Part shown: piece after piece, positions 40,320-51,744 of the stretch
Position numbering within the stretch: the first letter of the stretch is position 1
Layout: every line of letters starts with the position of its first letter
Origin: Hypanus sabinus
Lineage: Eukaryota
Direction of reading: 5' to 3'
Length of the DNA stretch: 64,000 nt
Assembly: GCF_030144855.1 (NCBI RefSeq)
Contig: NC_082725.1
Location: forward strand, 46,128,001 to 46,192,000
The notes under the pieces: model-generated
The model's database searches: none
The model's input: only the letters and a program-made list of their open reading frames with translations
Told to the model about the DNA's origin: nothing
Position numbers and translations under genes: made by a program

Positions 40320-41599
40320 CTAATAGAAACAAAATGCTGAATATTTATTAGGTTCCTTTTGTATCTTGGACAATATTGCAGGGTTCAAGCAAAGCTCAGA
40401 GGATTGTTTTTTAATATTAACTGAGTTAAAGCTTCTTTCCCAATCTCACCACCTGAATGATCAATGGTGATTACAGACAAATGAGTAGATACCCATTTTC
40501 ATTAAAGTCCAGTTAATGGTATGGACAATTATTTTCTTCAAATGCAACAAATGGCAACTAGCAAACCAAAGCTACTTTGATAGCCCTGCCTTTTTCAGAT
40601 ACCCTCGTTCTGGATCTGAACAGGAAAGGAACTTATCACATTTCCAAAGATTAAATACTTACAAAAGACTTTTAACAGGCACTCATTGAAATTTTTTTTT
40701 TTAAATGTAGTATTTGTTCATGTAACAGATGCTGGACTTCAGATTTGGAAGCACTCTGGTCATGCAGCAATAAATGGATGACATATCTGCTCAACACTTC
40801 AATATTCTATTTGTACTTCAGAGCATGTGGTCTGAGTTGGGGGGGCTTATTAGAATACTAAAGCCAGAAAAACTCAATTGGCTGAAAGGCCCAAGTCATT
40901 AAAAAAAACTTATTTTTAGCAGCTATAGATTCTTTAAGCTACAACTAAGCTTTAATCAGTGTTTCAAGATGGCAAACATGCAGAAAATGGGAATGGATTT
41001 TTTTCACCAAAGCATTATATATAGCACCAAATAAACAGTAATTATTTCTGTTCTATCCACTATGAGTCAGAAGAGCCTCCAACTGATAACTACCATTAAT
41101 TCTTTCCCAGTTACTATGGTTATCAAGGTGAGATGTCAACTTGAATCTTGACAATAGGACATCATGAAACAATCTACTTTTAAATCAATACTACACAATT
41201 CCAAATCAATGTGCTATTAGCTCAGCTGTATTTATAAGCATATTGTTATACAACATTCAATTCCAAAATTGAAGAGAGATTTTATATAAAACATTAATTA
41301 TGAGGCTACTAAAGCCTGGTCCGTTACTAAAATTCATAGGTTTGACCAACTTTACTTTGCCTTTTTACCTAGCAGCAAACTTTGTCCTTGCTCATTAGAT
41401 ATCATTTAGCCTTGCCTTAAAAACCTAAGTTGACTTTCACCGCATTTTGAACAATATTTTAAGGGGTGGTGGGGGGAATCACCCTTTAAAAATGTTACAT
41501 ACTTCCAATTAGTGATCCTAATCTTAGACTCTTCCAAAGAGGAAGCATCCTCTAAACCATTTCAGGGCTTTAATGATATTAACAACAAATGATCTGCAC

Positions 41600-43270
41600 A
41601 CAGCACACCACCAATAAAAAAGCTATAATGAAAATCAGAACAGGATCAATGATCTGTCAATGCTGCCAATCAGTCAGATCATCCAGAAAGAATTAATAAG
41701 ATTAGTGCGCTAAATTCATAGCTGAAAGATTAGAGCAGGAGTATGGGTTTAAATTTGAGGGACATTGGCATGAGTACTGGAGGAAGCTGTTCTGATGGGA
41801 CAGGGTCAACTCGAACCATGCTGAGACCAGAGTACTGGTGAATCACATATCTGGGGCTGTGGATAGGGTTTTAAATTAAATATCAGGGGAGTGGATTCAA
41901 CAGCTTGGAAAGTATAGATAAGGTAAGGGAAGGAGCATGCAGAAGTAATGAAAGTCTCCAGAATAAATACTGAAACATTCATAAAAGCTTAAGATTTAAA
42001 GGGTGGTGAATACAGGACTTATTTTTGAATGAATGCAACATGAAACAAGGTAGATAATTTTGCAGTGCTATTAAAATTATGACATTGTACAATTACTGAA
42101 TTATGGTTGAAAAAAGATCACAACTGGGAACCTGATGTCCAAGGATACACTATCAAAAAGACAGGCAGGTGGATTGTGGGGTGGCTTTGATAGAAAAGTA
42201 ACAAAAGTAACAGAAAATGTAAAATTCTTGCAATACAAAATGCTGGAAGAACTCGGTAGGCCAGGCAGCATCTATGGAAAATAGTCAACATTTCAGGCCA
42301 AAACCCTCTGGCAGCACTAGAGAAAAAAGCTGAGGAGATTTGAAAGGTGGGGAAGGGAAGAGAAACATCAGGCAATTGGTGAAACTTAGAGGGGCAGGAT
42401 GGAGCAAAGAGCTAGGAAGTTGATTGACAAAAGAAACAGAAGGCCATGGAAGAATGAAGGGGAGGAGCACCAAAAAGAGGCAATGGGCAGGCAAGTAGAT
42501 GACACGAGGGAAAATGGGATGGGAAATGGTGTGTCGGGGGGGGTGGTGGAGGCATTACTAGAAGTTTGAGAGATCGATGTTCATGCCATCAGGTTGGAGG
42601 CTACCCAACTTAAGTGCCTTATCCCAACAGTGGAGGCCATATCAGAATGAGAATGGAAAGTGGAATTAAAATGGGTGGCCACTGGGCGATCCCACTTGTT
42701 CTGGCAGACACATGTAGATGCTTGGTGAAGCAGTCTCCCAATCTACGCAGGTACTATACAAGGCATTGCAGAGGCTCCACTTAAGAGTACTGAGCAGTTT
42801 TAGGTCCTTGCCTAAGGATCTGCTGATATTGGAGAGGTCTAGAGGAGCTTCTCCAGAATGATCCCAGGAATAATATTAGGTGTTTTGAAGGCTCTGGGCT
42901 GTACTCACTGTTTTAGAAGAATGGGGTGGGGGAGAAAAAAGGATGCTTCCTATTGTGTGGGAGTCTAGAACCAGAGACCCTAGCCCTAAAATACAAGAAC
43001 ATCCCTTTAGAACAGATGAGGGTGGGGGGAAAAATACCTTTAGTCAGGGGGTGATGAATCTAGACTTCATTGCCACATACTGCTGTGGAGGCCGTCATTG
43101 GGTAGATTTAAAGTAGAGGGTGATAGATTATTGATTAGTGCAGCAACAGAGATTACTGGGAAAAGACGAGAATTAACAGGGTTCAGAGGAAAAATAAACC
43201 AGCCGTGATCAAATGGTAGAGCAGATTCAATGGGCCAAATGACCTTATTCTGCTCTGAGGTTTTATGCTC
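41600..43270 (+). mobile_element. Degenerate CR1 interrupted by a Penelope fragment
   Basis: CR1 ORF1/APE remnants at 41600-42200 and RT C-terminus/3' UTR at 42750-43270. Confidence 0.6.
42230..42745 (-). mobile_element. Penelope-like element 3' fragment (GIY-YIG C-terminus LGSLQPDGMNID)
   Basis: Minus-strand LGSLQPDGMNIDLSNF* followed by a 3' UTR with a hammerhead-like remnant. Confidence 0.7.
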
Positions 43271-44759
43271 CAACATAGTTCTGGTCCTTATCCCACATTT
43301 CCCTCAGAAGCAAAGATTTACTGGAGCCAAAAATTTCCAATATGCTCCCATTTCAGCCATATCCTAATGGTGTGTACCTGATCTGAGATATTCCAGCTAG
43401 AGGAAACAGCCCCTTGATAGTCACCCTGTCAACCTACTAGAATCGTGTATTATGCTCAACTGAAATTGTAGGCAAATCTTGTACTCCAACTCAAATGCTA
43501 AGTTAGAGCAACCCATATATGCAAAATTAAATCTACAGCACACTGGGTCCAAAGGCAAGTACGGGAGATGTAGAAATCTAAACAGTACATAATGCTTTGC
43601 AAAGCCCTACAGGTCTTACTTTTCCTTTTCCATTCTAAACATCTTGCTAAAATGCCAAAATATCTACATTCCTAGATTTGTGCACAGGAGTGAAGTCTGC
43701 CACACTTACCTAAACTGCCCTATACAAGCTCACGATTGATTGTTAACAATCCTCTGAAAGTTACTCTGGTTGCACTTAAGCATGATAATTGTATTATGCT
43801 GCATCTACAAAGTTAATTTATGGGTAGAAACACTGGTATCATCAGCAATAATCACATCAAATGAGTGAATTATAAACAACCAAAATGAAAGACCATTGGC
43901 AGCTATGAAAGTACAAGGTTTACAAAGTTCTACAGTTTTAAATACTACAGAAATAAGAACTGCATTCAATACATTTCTCACTTAAAATTATCTAACCAGT
44001 GAAAATCATTTATTTGTACCTGCTAGGCCCAAAGTTGTATACTTCAGGATACATTAGCCCAAGCAGTTAAGGCAGGTACCAAATCAGTATCCTGTTCTGA
44101 AGAACTGCCTTATCACTGTACCTAACCCAAGTACAAAGCTTTATTTACTAAAGTTGGAATTGATTCATCTTTTTAATGATTGATTAAGCTTCTACCATAA
44201 AATAGAAAACAAAGGTAGATTAAAGGCATGATTAGGATTGATGTTAGCTGCATTCATGCATTACACTGCAAGCGTGGGAAAATAATTTATACTGTACACG
44301 TAGTAATAGAATTCCCACGGTAAAGTTACTTCACTACAGATTATGACTCCCATGGTGTAGGGCACACCTTACCAAGCGTGGGAAAGTGCTACACAATAGG
44401 TTGCAGACACCATTAAAGATTAAACCATGCAGCTTAGTAATTTTTCCTCAAGGTGAACATATGCCAACAATGCTGCTTCAGCAGTTAACCCATCACTGCG
44501 TTAACAGTACCTGAAGCACAAAAACCCAAGAATAAAGCATGTTTTGATATTATGCACATTTTATTAATTAAATTGACGTTTGAAGCAGATATGAATCTAG
44601 TCATTTACTGTATAATCTAAATACCAACAATTTAAAGCAAAATGCAGTTTAAAAACTTTGCCAATGGGAAAGTTTTATTTCCCTGCAAGCAAACCTATTT
44701 TGCAAACATTCATCCATACTATAGTATGCTAAGACCATTATCATTACTGGCATATTTAC

Positions 44760-44816
44760 CTTTATGGAAGGTGTGGTGTTATCAGCATCAAATCTGTGCT
44801 TCATATTTGTAGTCAT
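44760..44816 (-). CDS. GMNN: Geminin coding exon 1 (MTTNMKHRFDADNTTPSIK)
   Basis: ATG at 44816; AG acceptor at 44825-26 and GTAAAT donor; 57 nt, phase 0; comparable to the human MNPSMKQK...NIK first coding exon. Confidence 0.85.
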
Positions 44817-46289
44817 TGTTAGACCTAGTGAAGGCAAAAGGGAATTGAAGATGAAATTCAAATAGCCCATTTAAACAGTAAAGTAGTATCCTAATAGCCT
44901 TCAATCTACATGTTAAAAGTTTTTCACCCTTTATCATAAAGCATACATTTGGATTTCAGACCTTGTAATGAGATACTAAATTTTCAGCTTCCAGACCAAC
45001 CCATCCTCATACTCCTTACCACTGTAGCTCATTTCCTAAGCTTCAGAAAGTTATACCAAGTGGAACTTCAATACTGAAACTTGAGTTAAATGAATGGTTA
45101 ATCTGAACTAAGACTGTTTTAAAAAAATTATAGGGCTGTTTTTAAAGTATAAAAATGTGCATACCATGAAAAAGAATTCCATACTGTTCATAGATTTTGT
45201 TATCAATCTATTTCCAAACACCTCCAATTAAAAAGGTACTCAAGAAATTTACAACTGCTTCCTCAAGTCCAGGTTATAAAAGTAAATGGAACATTTTCAG
45301 AACACTGCAGTGGTTTTCTTTCTGGTAAAGAACTTGCTTTGCCCACATATTGTTCAAAATTAAGGCCGAATAATCACTTTCCAAACAGTTTTACACCTTT
45401 AAGACCCTTCAAGAATGTGGTGCAGTGGATTCTAACACCATTTTACTGGTGCTCAGACCAGCATTTCAACTACAACAGATGGAAGGTTGCCTTGAACAAT
45501 CACAAACCAGGTAGGTACCAGTGATTAAAATTGTATCAACAGATTCATCAAAATTGAGCACAAGTTACTGTTTTTCAAGAAATGACTCAGGCTGAAATGT
45601 CACACTGATCACAGAAATTAAGAGATAAAGACATGACAGTATACTGCTTAGATTGAATAGTTTTGTACGTCAACGCATTACCAGCTGCACTCGTACAAAT
45701 TGTGACTGAAAACATCTCTCAAATTTGATTTTTTTTAAAAACCCAGAGTAATGTTCTGTATTAATATCTCAGCTTCATATAGCTTTACATAGAAACTTCG
45801 TTTGGAGGGAAACTGCTTCATTAGGAGAGAACAAAGAAACAGCAGCAGCAAGCATCCTACACTAACTACAACCTATTCTAAGCTGGGACAAAACAAAAAT
45901 TATTCATGGAAATTTCAAATATCACCAAATTGACAACTTCAGTGCATTAGGAGATATAATGAAATCGTCAAATAGATACACTTCACTAGAGCCAATAATT
46001 CTAGAAGCATCGAGGTTCAGATTACGATTCCCTTTCTGGCATCCTTCAACACAACTACAGTACCTCCATTCAAAACCCATCCAATTCAAACATCTAACTG
46101 TATACCGACAGTGATGTAGACAAGACTAACTACGACCAAACAATGCAGCAGCATTAAATCGTGCTAGTTGGACCCAAAGGCAATTACAGGCACAAACGTG
46201 GCGATGCGTGCAAGCCGGAGATCTGTTTGGTGGATGCCCACTAGGTCGGACGTAATTAGAGTCCTTTACAATCTAATACGTCGCAAGGC

Positions 46290-46810
46290 TTACATAACGA
46301 GAGGCCAGCCCTCGCCCACCACCACGGCGCGGTCGGGATCAGACAGACCCGCCGCCGGGCCCGGGACCTGGCCGGGGAGAAGGCACTGACCGCCCTCACT
46401 CCCTTTCCACCGCTGAAGGAGCTCCCCAGCAGCCACTCGCCACCCCACCACCGTGTGTCAGACCACAGGACTCACCGAGCGGCGCCTTCACGCTACAGAG
46501 CAATTCTTGCCGCCTTCGGCTCGAGCTTAAAATATCCCCTGGTCACGTGACCCCGCGCTGGGAGGCGGGGCCCGGCGCCGAGCATTGTGGGTGGAAGGGT
46601 AAAAAAAAATCTGCTTTTCCTAAATCCGCCCTGGCTCTCAGCCGCACGTCCCTCACAAAGGTGCAAGAGCGTACGCGCTTTAAATGTTCGACACAGAAGA
46701 AGAAAAACAAGCGGCGGGGAAAGGCGGCAGGTTACGCGAGAGTGACGCAAGCGATCGCGCGTACAATTTAAACCGAGTGAGGCCGGCGGAAATGTTTGCG
46801 CATGCGCGGT
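46290..46810 (-). promoter_or_regulatory. GMNN: GMNN CpG-island promoter and non-coding exon 1 (donor G|GTGAGT at 46476/46475)
   Basis: CpG-rich; E-box palindrome GGTCACGTGACC 46541-52, GC box GGGAGGCGGGGC, E2F-like GGCGGGGAAA, NRF1 TGCGCATGCGC 46797-807. Confidence 0.8.
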
Positions 46811-48939
46811 GTGAAAAGCTGCCCCTTTGCAGCGTTGGAGTGATAACTTCGGTGTTTCTTTTGCTGCTTTCCATCTCTGCTCATGTGCATTTAAATGCAC
46901 AGAATGGTGTACGCAAGAAATAAATTGACTTCTATAGCAACGCACACAAGATACTGGAGGAACTCAGCAGGCCAGACAGCATCTATGGGAGGAGGAGACC
47001 ACCTTCGGGAGTTACATGCCAACTACATTACTGGTGTTGGTTTTCGAGTCAGCTGCTACCTTTGCAGCTGAGTCTTGCCCAGTTCTGGAAAGAGTGAGGA
47101 ATGGGACCCACAGCGTTTGTCAATTACAGATATAAATGTCAGTGATTGATTTTAGTCCAAAGTTTATTCAGCGTATAAGTTGAAAGGGTTGGGGCAGAAC
47201 GAAGAAAAACCCGTTTTTTTCTTTATTCTAAGAACTAGTTCTCTCATTCGTATACATCTGGAAGGTCTTGGCCCGAAACGTCGACTAATTATCGATTTTC
47301 TTAGATGCTGTCTGAGTTCCTCCAGCGTTTTTTAAGTTTTATTCTTGCCATATCCACCTCGGAGAAGTGTCCCCCCCCCCATTACATAAATAAACTGTTG
47401 GAGAATGACTCTTGATATCTTGTTTTTGTGCTTCACTTTGTGTTTTCTTGAAAATATTGGAAAATAGATGTTGTAAGTATGTTATTGCACCTGTGTATAC
47501 GTATAGTTCTATATGTTATAAATATTGCTTTGACTTTGCTGATCAGCAAAAACATGATGAGTCGTTTTAACTTTTTTTGGTAAATATGATCCCTGGAGGT
47601 ACTTGGACTTGCGCTTTGGCCATTTTTGAGCCTACTTAATGTTCAAGACGTCTGCCATCTGCTGTTCTTTATTGGAGAATTGGATGTTTTCTTGTGTGTC
47701 ACATTGTTGGTAGTCCTGATTTGTGAACCTTGAAACTGAGCAGGTTAGTGAGAAAGTGGACTGAGATATTTCAAAACTTTAAGAAAGATGCTATTTATTG
47801 ATGGGACTGTACTTGCTGTTATGTGTGCAAGGGCCAAAACAAACTTTGCCTTTGGGAAAAGCTTTCTACTCTGAATTTCATTTTTTTTTCTAGAATGCTT
47901 TTTTGAAGCTGATGGATTGCTAATTGGTTTGCCAAAAAAGCAGCTTCTTGTCATTAGCTACCAAGTAACAAAGTAAACTCCTTCACTCCTGCTTCAGTGG
48001 ATAAACTCCAGGAATTTGCTCTCTCTCCTCCACAGTGGGAACAGCATAGCGATTAATTCAGATGAACAGGTCGCCAGTTGGCTTTTACTGCTCAAGCAGA
48101 AAGACATTTTCTTTACTGTGCTTCCTCTGTAAGATGAGCAAGAATTGGCGCAGTGCCAGCTTCGGGCTCCATCTGTCGGGGAAGCCCTGTTAGGTTAAGG
48201 CTAAGAATCCATTTAGAGAACAATCGAGGACGATGTCTTGACAATTTTCTGAGCACCAGTTTACAAATTTTACCCTATCAGCATTAACTACATTGTAGTC
48301 ACAATCTGTATGGTTTGCTTAGGTACCTGGATTCAGTGAAAGCAGAACAGTGTTCCAACCCAGATCAGCATTCAAGGTGTTATTTGCACCACTTTAATGA
48401 CTTTGCAATACCTTGAAGGATGATTGACAAGCTGCATAACAACTGGAGCATGTGTAGCAGAGATGTGCGGTATGAGATACTGGGTTAAAGTCTTGTATTG
48501 GTTAACTGCTCGAGGAAATGAGTGCTTTTGTATACAGATAACATTCACAGCATGTCGAATGGTGTTGCTTATCTGCTGAAAGCCCCTCAACACTGAGTTT
48601 AAATATATAAATAATGGGCTTGAGGTTATGGGAGCTCTGGGACCGCGTATTGTGTGAGTCAATAGCTGCCGGATTTTTTTTCATTAGTGTGCTTGGAAGA
48701 CCATTAGCTGCTTCTGGGTGGACACTGGCTTGAGAGGGACACAGACTTACAGCACCCCAGCAATGGAGTAGCTGGGTTGATTGTGTCAAGTAAAACAGAT
48801 AAGATTTGGAAAACTAATGAATAAGCTGAATGGGTGGATTTGGCATCCACTGGCATATGTCTGGCAGCTTCAGGAGGGCAGTTGCAATGTCATCATGGAG
48901 ATAATTAGGTTGTCAGAGTTCAATGTCAAACTAAAGGCA

Positions 48940-49380
48940 TCCAACTGATGTCAATGCAGTTATAAAGAAGGCAAGACAGCAACTATACTTCATTACGATT
49001 CTGAAGGGATTTGGTATGACAACAAATACACTCAAAAACTAGTTGTACCATGGAGAGCATTCTGACAGGCTGCATCACTGTCTGGTATGGGGGAGGGGGG
49101 ACTACTGCACAGAACTGAAAAAATCTGCAGAGGGTTGTAAATCTAGTCAGCTCCATCTTGGGTACTAGCCTACAAAGTACCCAGGACATCTTCAAGGAGC
49201 AGTGTCTCAGAAAGGCAGCATACATTACTAAGGATCTCCAGCACCCAGGACATGCCCTTTTCTCACTGTTAACATCAGGTAGGAGATACAGAAACCTGAA
49301 GGCACATACTCAGTGAGTTAGGAACAGCTACTTTTGCTCCGCCATCCAGTTCCTAGATGGACATTGGACACTACCTCACT
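48940..49380 (+). mobile_element. Rex1/Babar-type LINE 3' fragment
   Basis: High similarity to 34190-34620. Confidence 0.7.
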
Positions 49381-49549
49381 TGAGCTGTGACATATCTAAG
49401 TTTTCTATCCATACAGTCCTTTGACATTTATCCTGAGGCCAAAGGATAGGACAGATAGATTTGGTAACCAGTCACTAAGCTTACTTTGTCAATTATTTCT
49501 AACTTTTTTATGTCCTGCTAAAGAAATTTTGATCTGATATGTTAAATCT

Positions 49550-51225
49550 ATTTTTAAGGTTGATGGTTCAATGGATGGTGTGGAAGGTCAACATAGGTTG
49601 CATTGGGACATTACTGGGATCCAGAGCTGTGCTGACCACCTGGAGTTCATTTTGGAAAAGTGTGAATGACACATTTTAGAAAGTTGAGCTTGAAATCTGC
49701 ATACGAGGTTAAATGCGGGACTCTTAGCAGTGTGGAGACACAGAGGGAGCTTGGGTTCCACGTCCATAGATTCCTCGATGTTGCCATTAAGTTGATAAGG
49801 TGGTTAAGAAGGTAGTGGTGTGTTGGCCTTCATTAGTTAGGGGATTGAGTTTAAGAACAAGGTATTATTGCAACTCTATAAAACTCTTGTTAGACCACAC
49901 TTGGAGAATTATTTTCATTACAGGAAGAATGTGGAAGTTTCAGAGAGAGTCCAGAGGAGATTTACCAGGAGCCTGTCTGGATTAGGGACTGTGTCTTAAC
50001 AGAAAAACATTAACCAAGTTAATTCTTTGGAGTGAAGGAAGATGAGAGGTGACTTGATAGAGGTGTTTAAGATAAGAGGTATAAATAGAGTGGACAGGCA
50101 GCACTTTTTTCCCAGGACAGACATGGCCAATATAGAAGGGCATAGTTTTAAGGTGATTTGAGAAATGTAATGAGGGTGATGTCAGAGGTTTGTTTTTACA
50201 TGGAATGCACTGCCAGGATGGTGGTAGAAGCAAATTTATTAGAGACATTTAAGATGGGCATATGGATGAAAGAAAAATGGAGCGTTATTTGCAAGGGAAG
50301 GTTTAGGGTGATCTTCAAATAGGTTAGAAGGTTGGAGGAAACTGTGGGCAAAAGGACCAGTGCTGTATTGTTGTATATTCTATGGCCTTGACTGTCAAAG
50401 TTCAAAGTACATATATGGTATATAACCTTGAGATTCATCTTTTTGCAGGCTGCCACAAAACAAAAAAAAAACAATAGAACCCATTCAAAGAAAAAAAACA
50501 CACACGACAAGACTATCAAACTCCCAACATGTGGAAAAGAAGGGCAATCCGTGCAAACAATAAAAAGCAAACAATTAACATTAAGTGCAGAGCCCCTGAA
50601 AGTGGGTCCTCAGCACTGTGCTGACAGCTGCCAAGTTAATTTAGCGCTGAAGTGCCCTGTTCGAATTGTGCAAATAGTAAAAATAAAGTAAACAAAAAAG
50701 AAACTGCAGAGTCCACAGCTTCGGAGCACATTCAGCACCGAGGCTACTTTGTACAGAAGCCCGATGGCTGCCGGGCAACACCTACTCCCAAACCTGGTGG
50801 CGTGGGCTGCAAGACTTGCAAGACTCCCTGGAGCATAGAAGAATGAGGGGAGATTTGATAGAGGTATATAAAATTATGACAGGTATAGATAGTGAATGCA
50901 AGCAGGCTTTTTCCACTGAGGCTAGGGGAGAAAAAAAAACAGAGGACATGGGTTAAGTGTGAAAAGGAAAAGTTTAAAGGGAACATTAGTGGGGGCTTCT
51001 TCACACAGGGTGGTGGGAGTGTGGAATGAGCTGCCAGTTGAAGTGGTAATGCGGGCTTACTTTTAACATTTAAGAAAAACTTGGACAGGTAGATGGATGA
51101 GAGGTGTATGGAGGGATATGGTCTAGGTCCAGGTGCAGGTCAGTGGGACTATGCAAAAAAAAAATGGTTTGGCACAGCCAAGAAGGGCCAAAGGGCCTGT
51201 TTCTGTGCTGTATTGTTCTATGGTT
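49550..51225 (+). mobile_element. Cluster of degenerate CR1 3' fragments and other repeats
   Basis: RGDLIEV-like motifs and CR1 3' tails at about 49550-50380 and 50835-51225. Confidence 0.6.
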
Positions 51226-51503
51226 CTACTTCTGCCAGCCAGCAGCAGCAAGAGAAACCAGTCAAATGCAGGTAGATGGCATTAAGCTCCCTGTTCATTT
51301 TCGCTTCTTGTCCTCGACAATTTTAATCTTGGTCAACGCTTTACTTGGAGCAGAGCAATGGGTTCGACCACGGGTTCATGTTCCGCCATTAGGAATCGAC
51401 ACAGAATTGCACCCATGTCGAATGCCCCAGGATATCACAGAAGTGCCAGATAGTTCAGTTGGCTCAAAAATTCATTCTTGGAAGCAAAATTACAGGCTGC
51501 AAT

Positions 51504-51715
51504 TGTGGTGAACTATGTGCCTGTCGGGACACGCCCCTGCTGACTGCTCCTGTGGCTCCTCCCACAGGCCCCTGTATAAAGGAGACCTGCGGCCTGAAGA
51601 TCGGCCTCAGTCTCCAGGACCTTGTATGATAGACACTCACTCCTGGTTCCTTCTTCCAGTCAATAAAAGCCGATATCTCGCCTACGTCTCAGTGTGAGTT
51701 ATTGATGGTGCATCA
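51504..51715 (+). repeat. 5' LTR (TATAAA 51575, AATAAA 51662)
   Basis: Base-for-base identical to 54199-54410 on manual comparison. Confidence 0.95.
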
Positions 51716-51744
51716 ATTTTATTGACTGGAAGAACCTTCGCTAC

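Noticed and set aside
46493-46945. 150-aa ORF here, and the 103-113 aa ORFs at 55135-55513
   Set aside because: Expected stop-codon scarcity in CpG-island promoters
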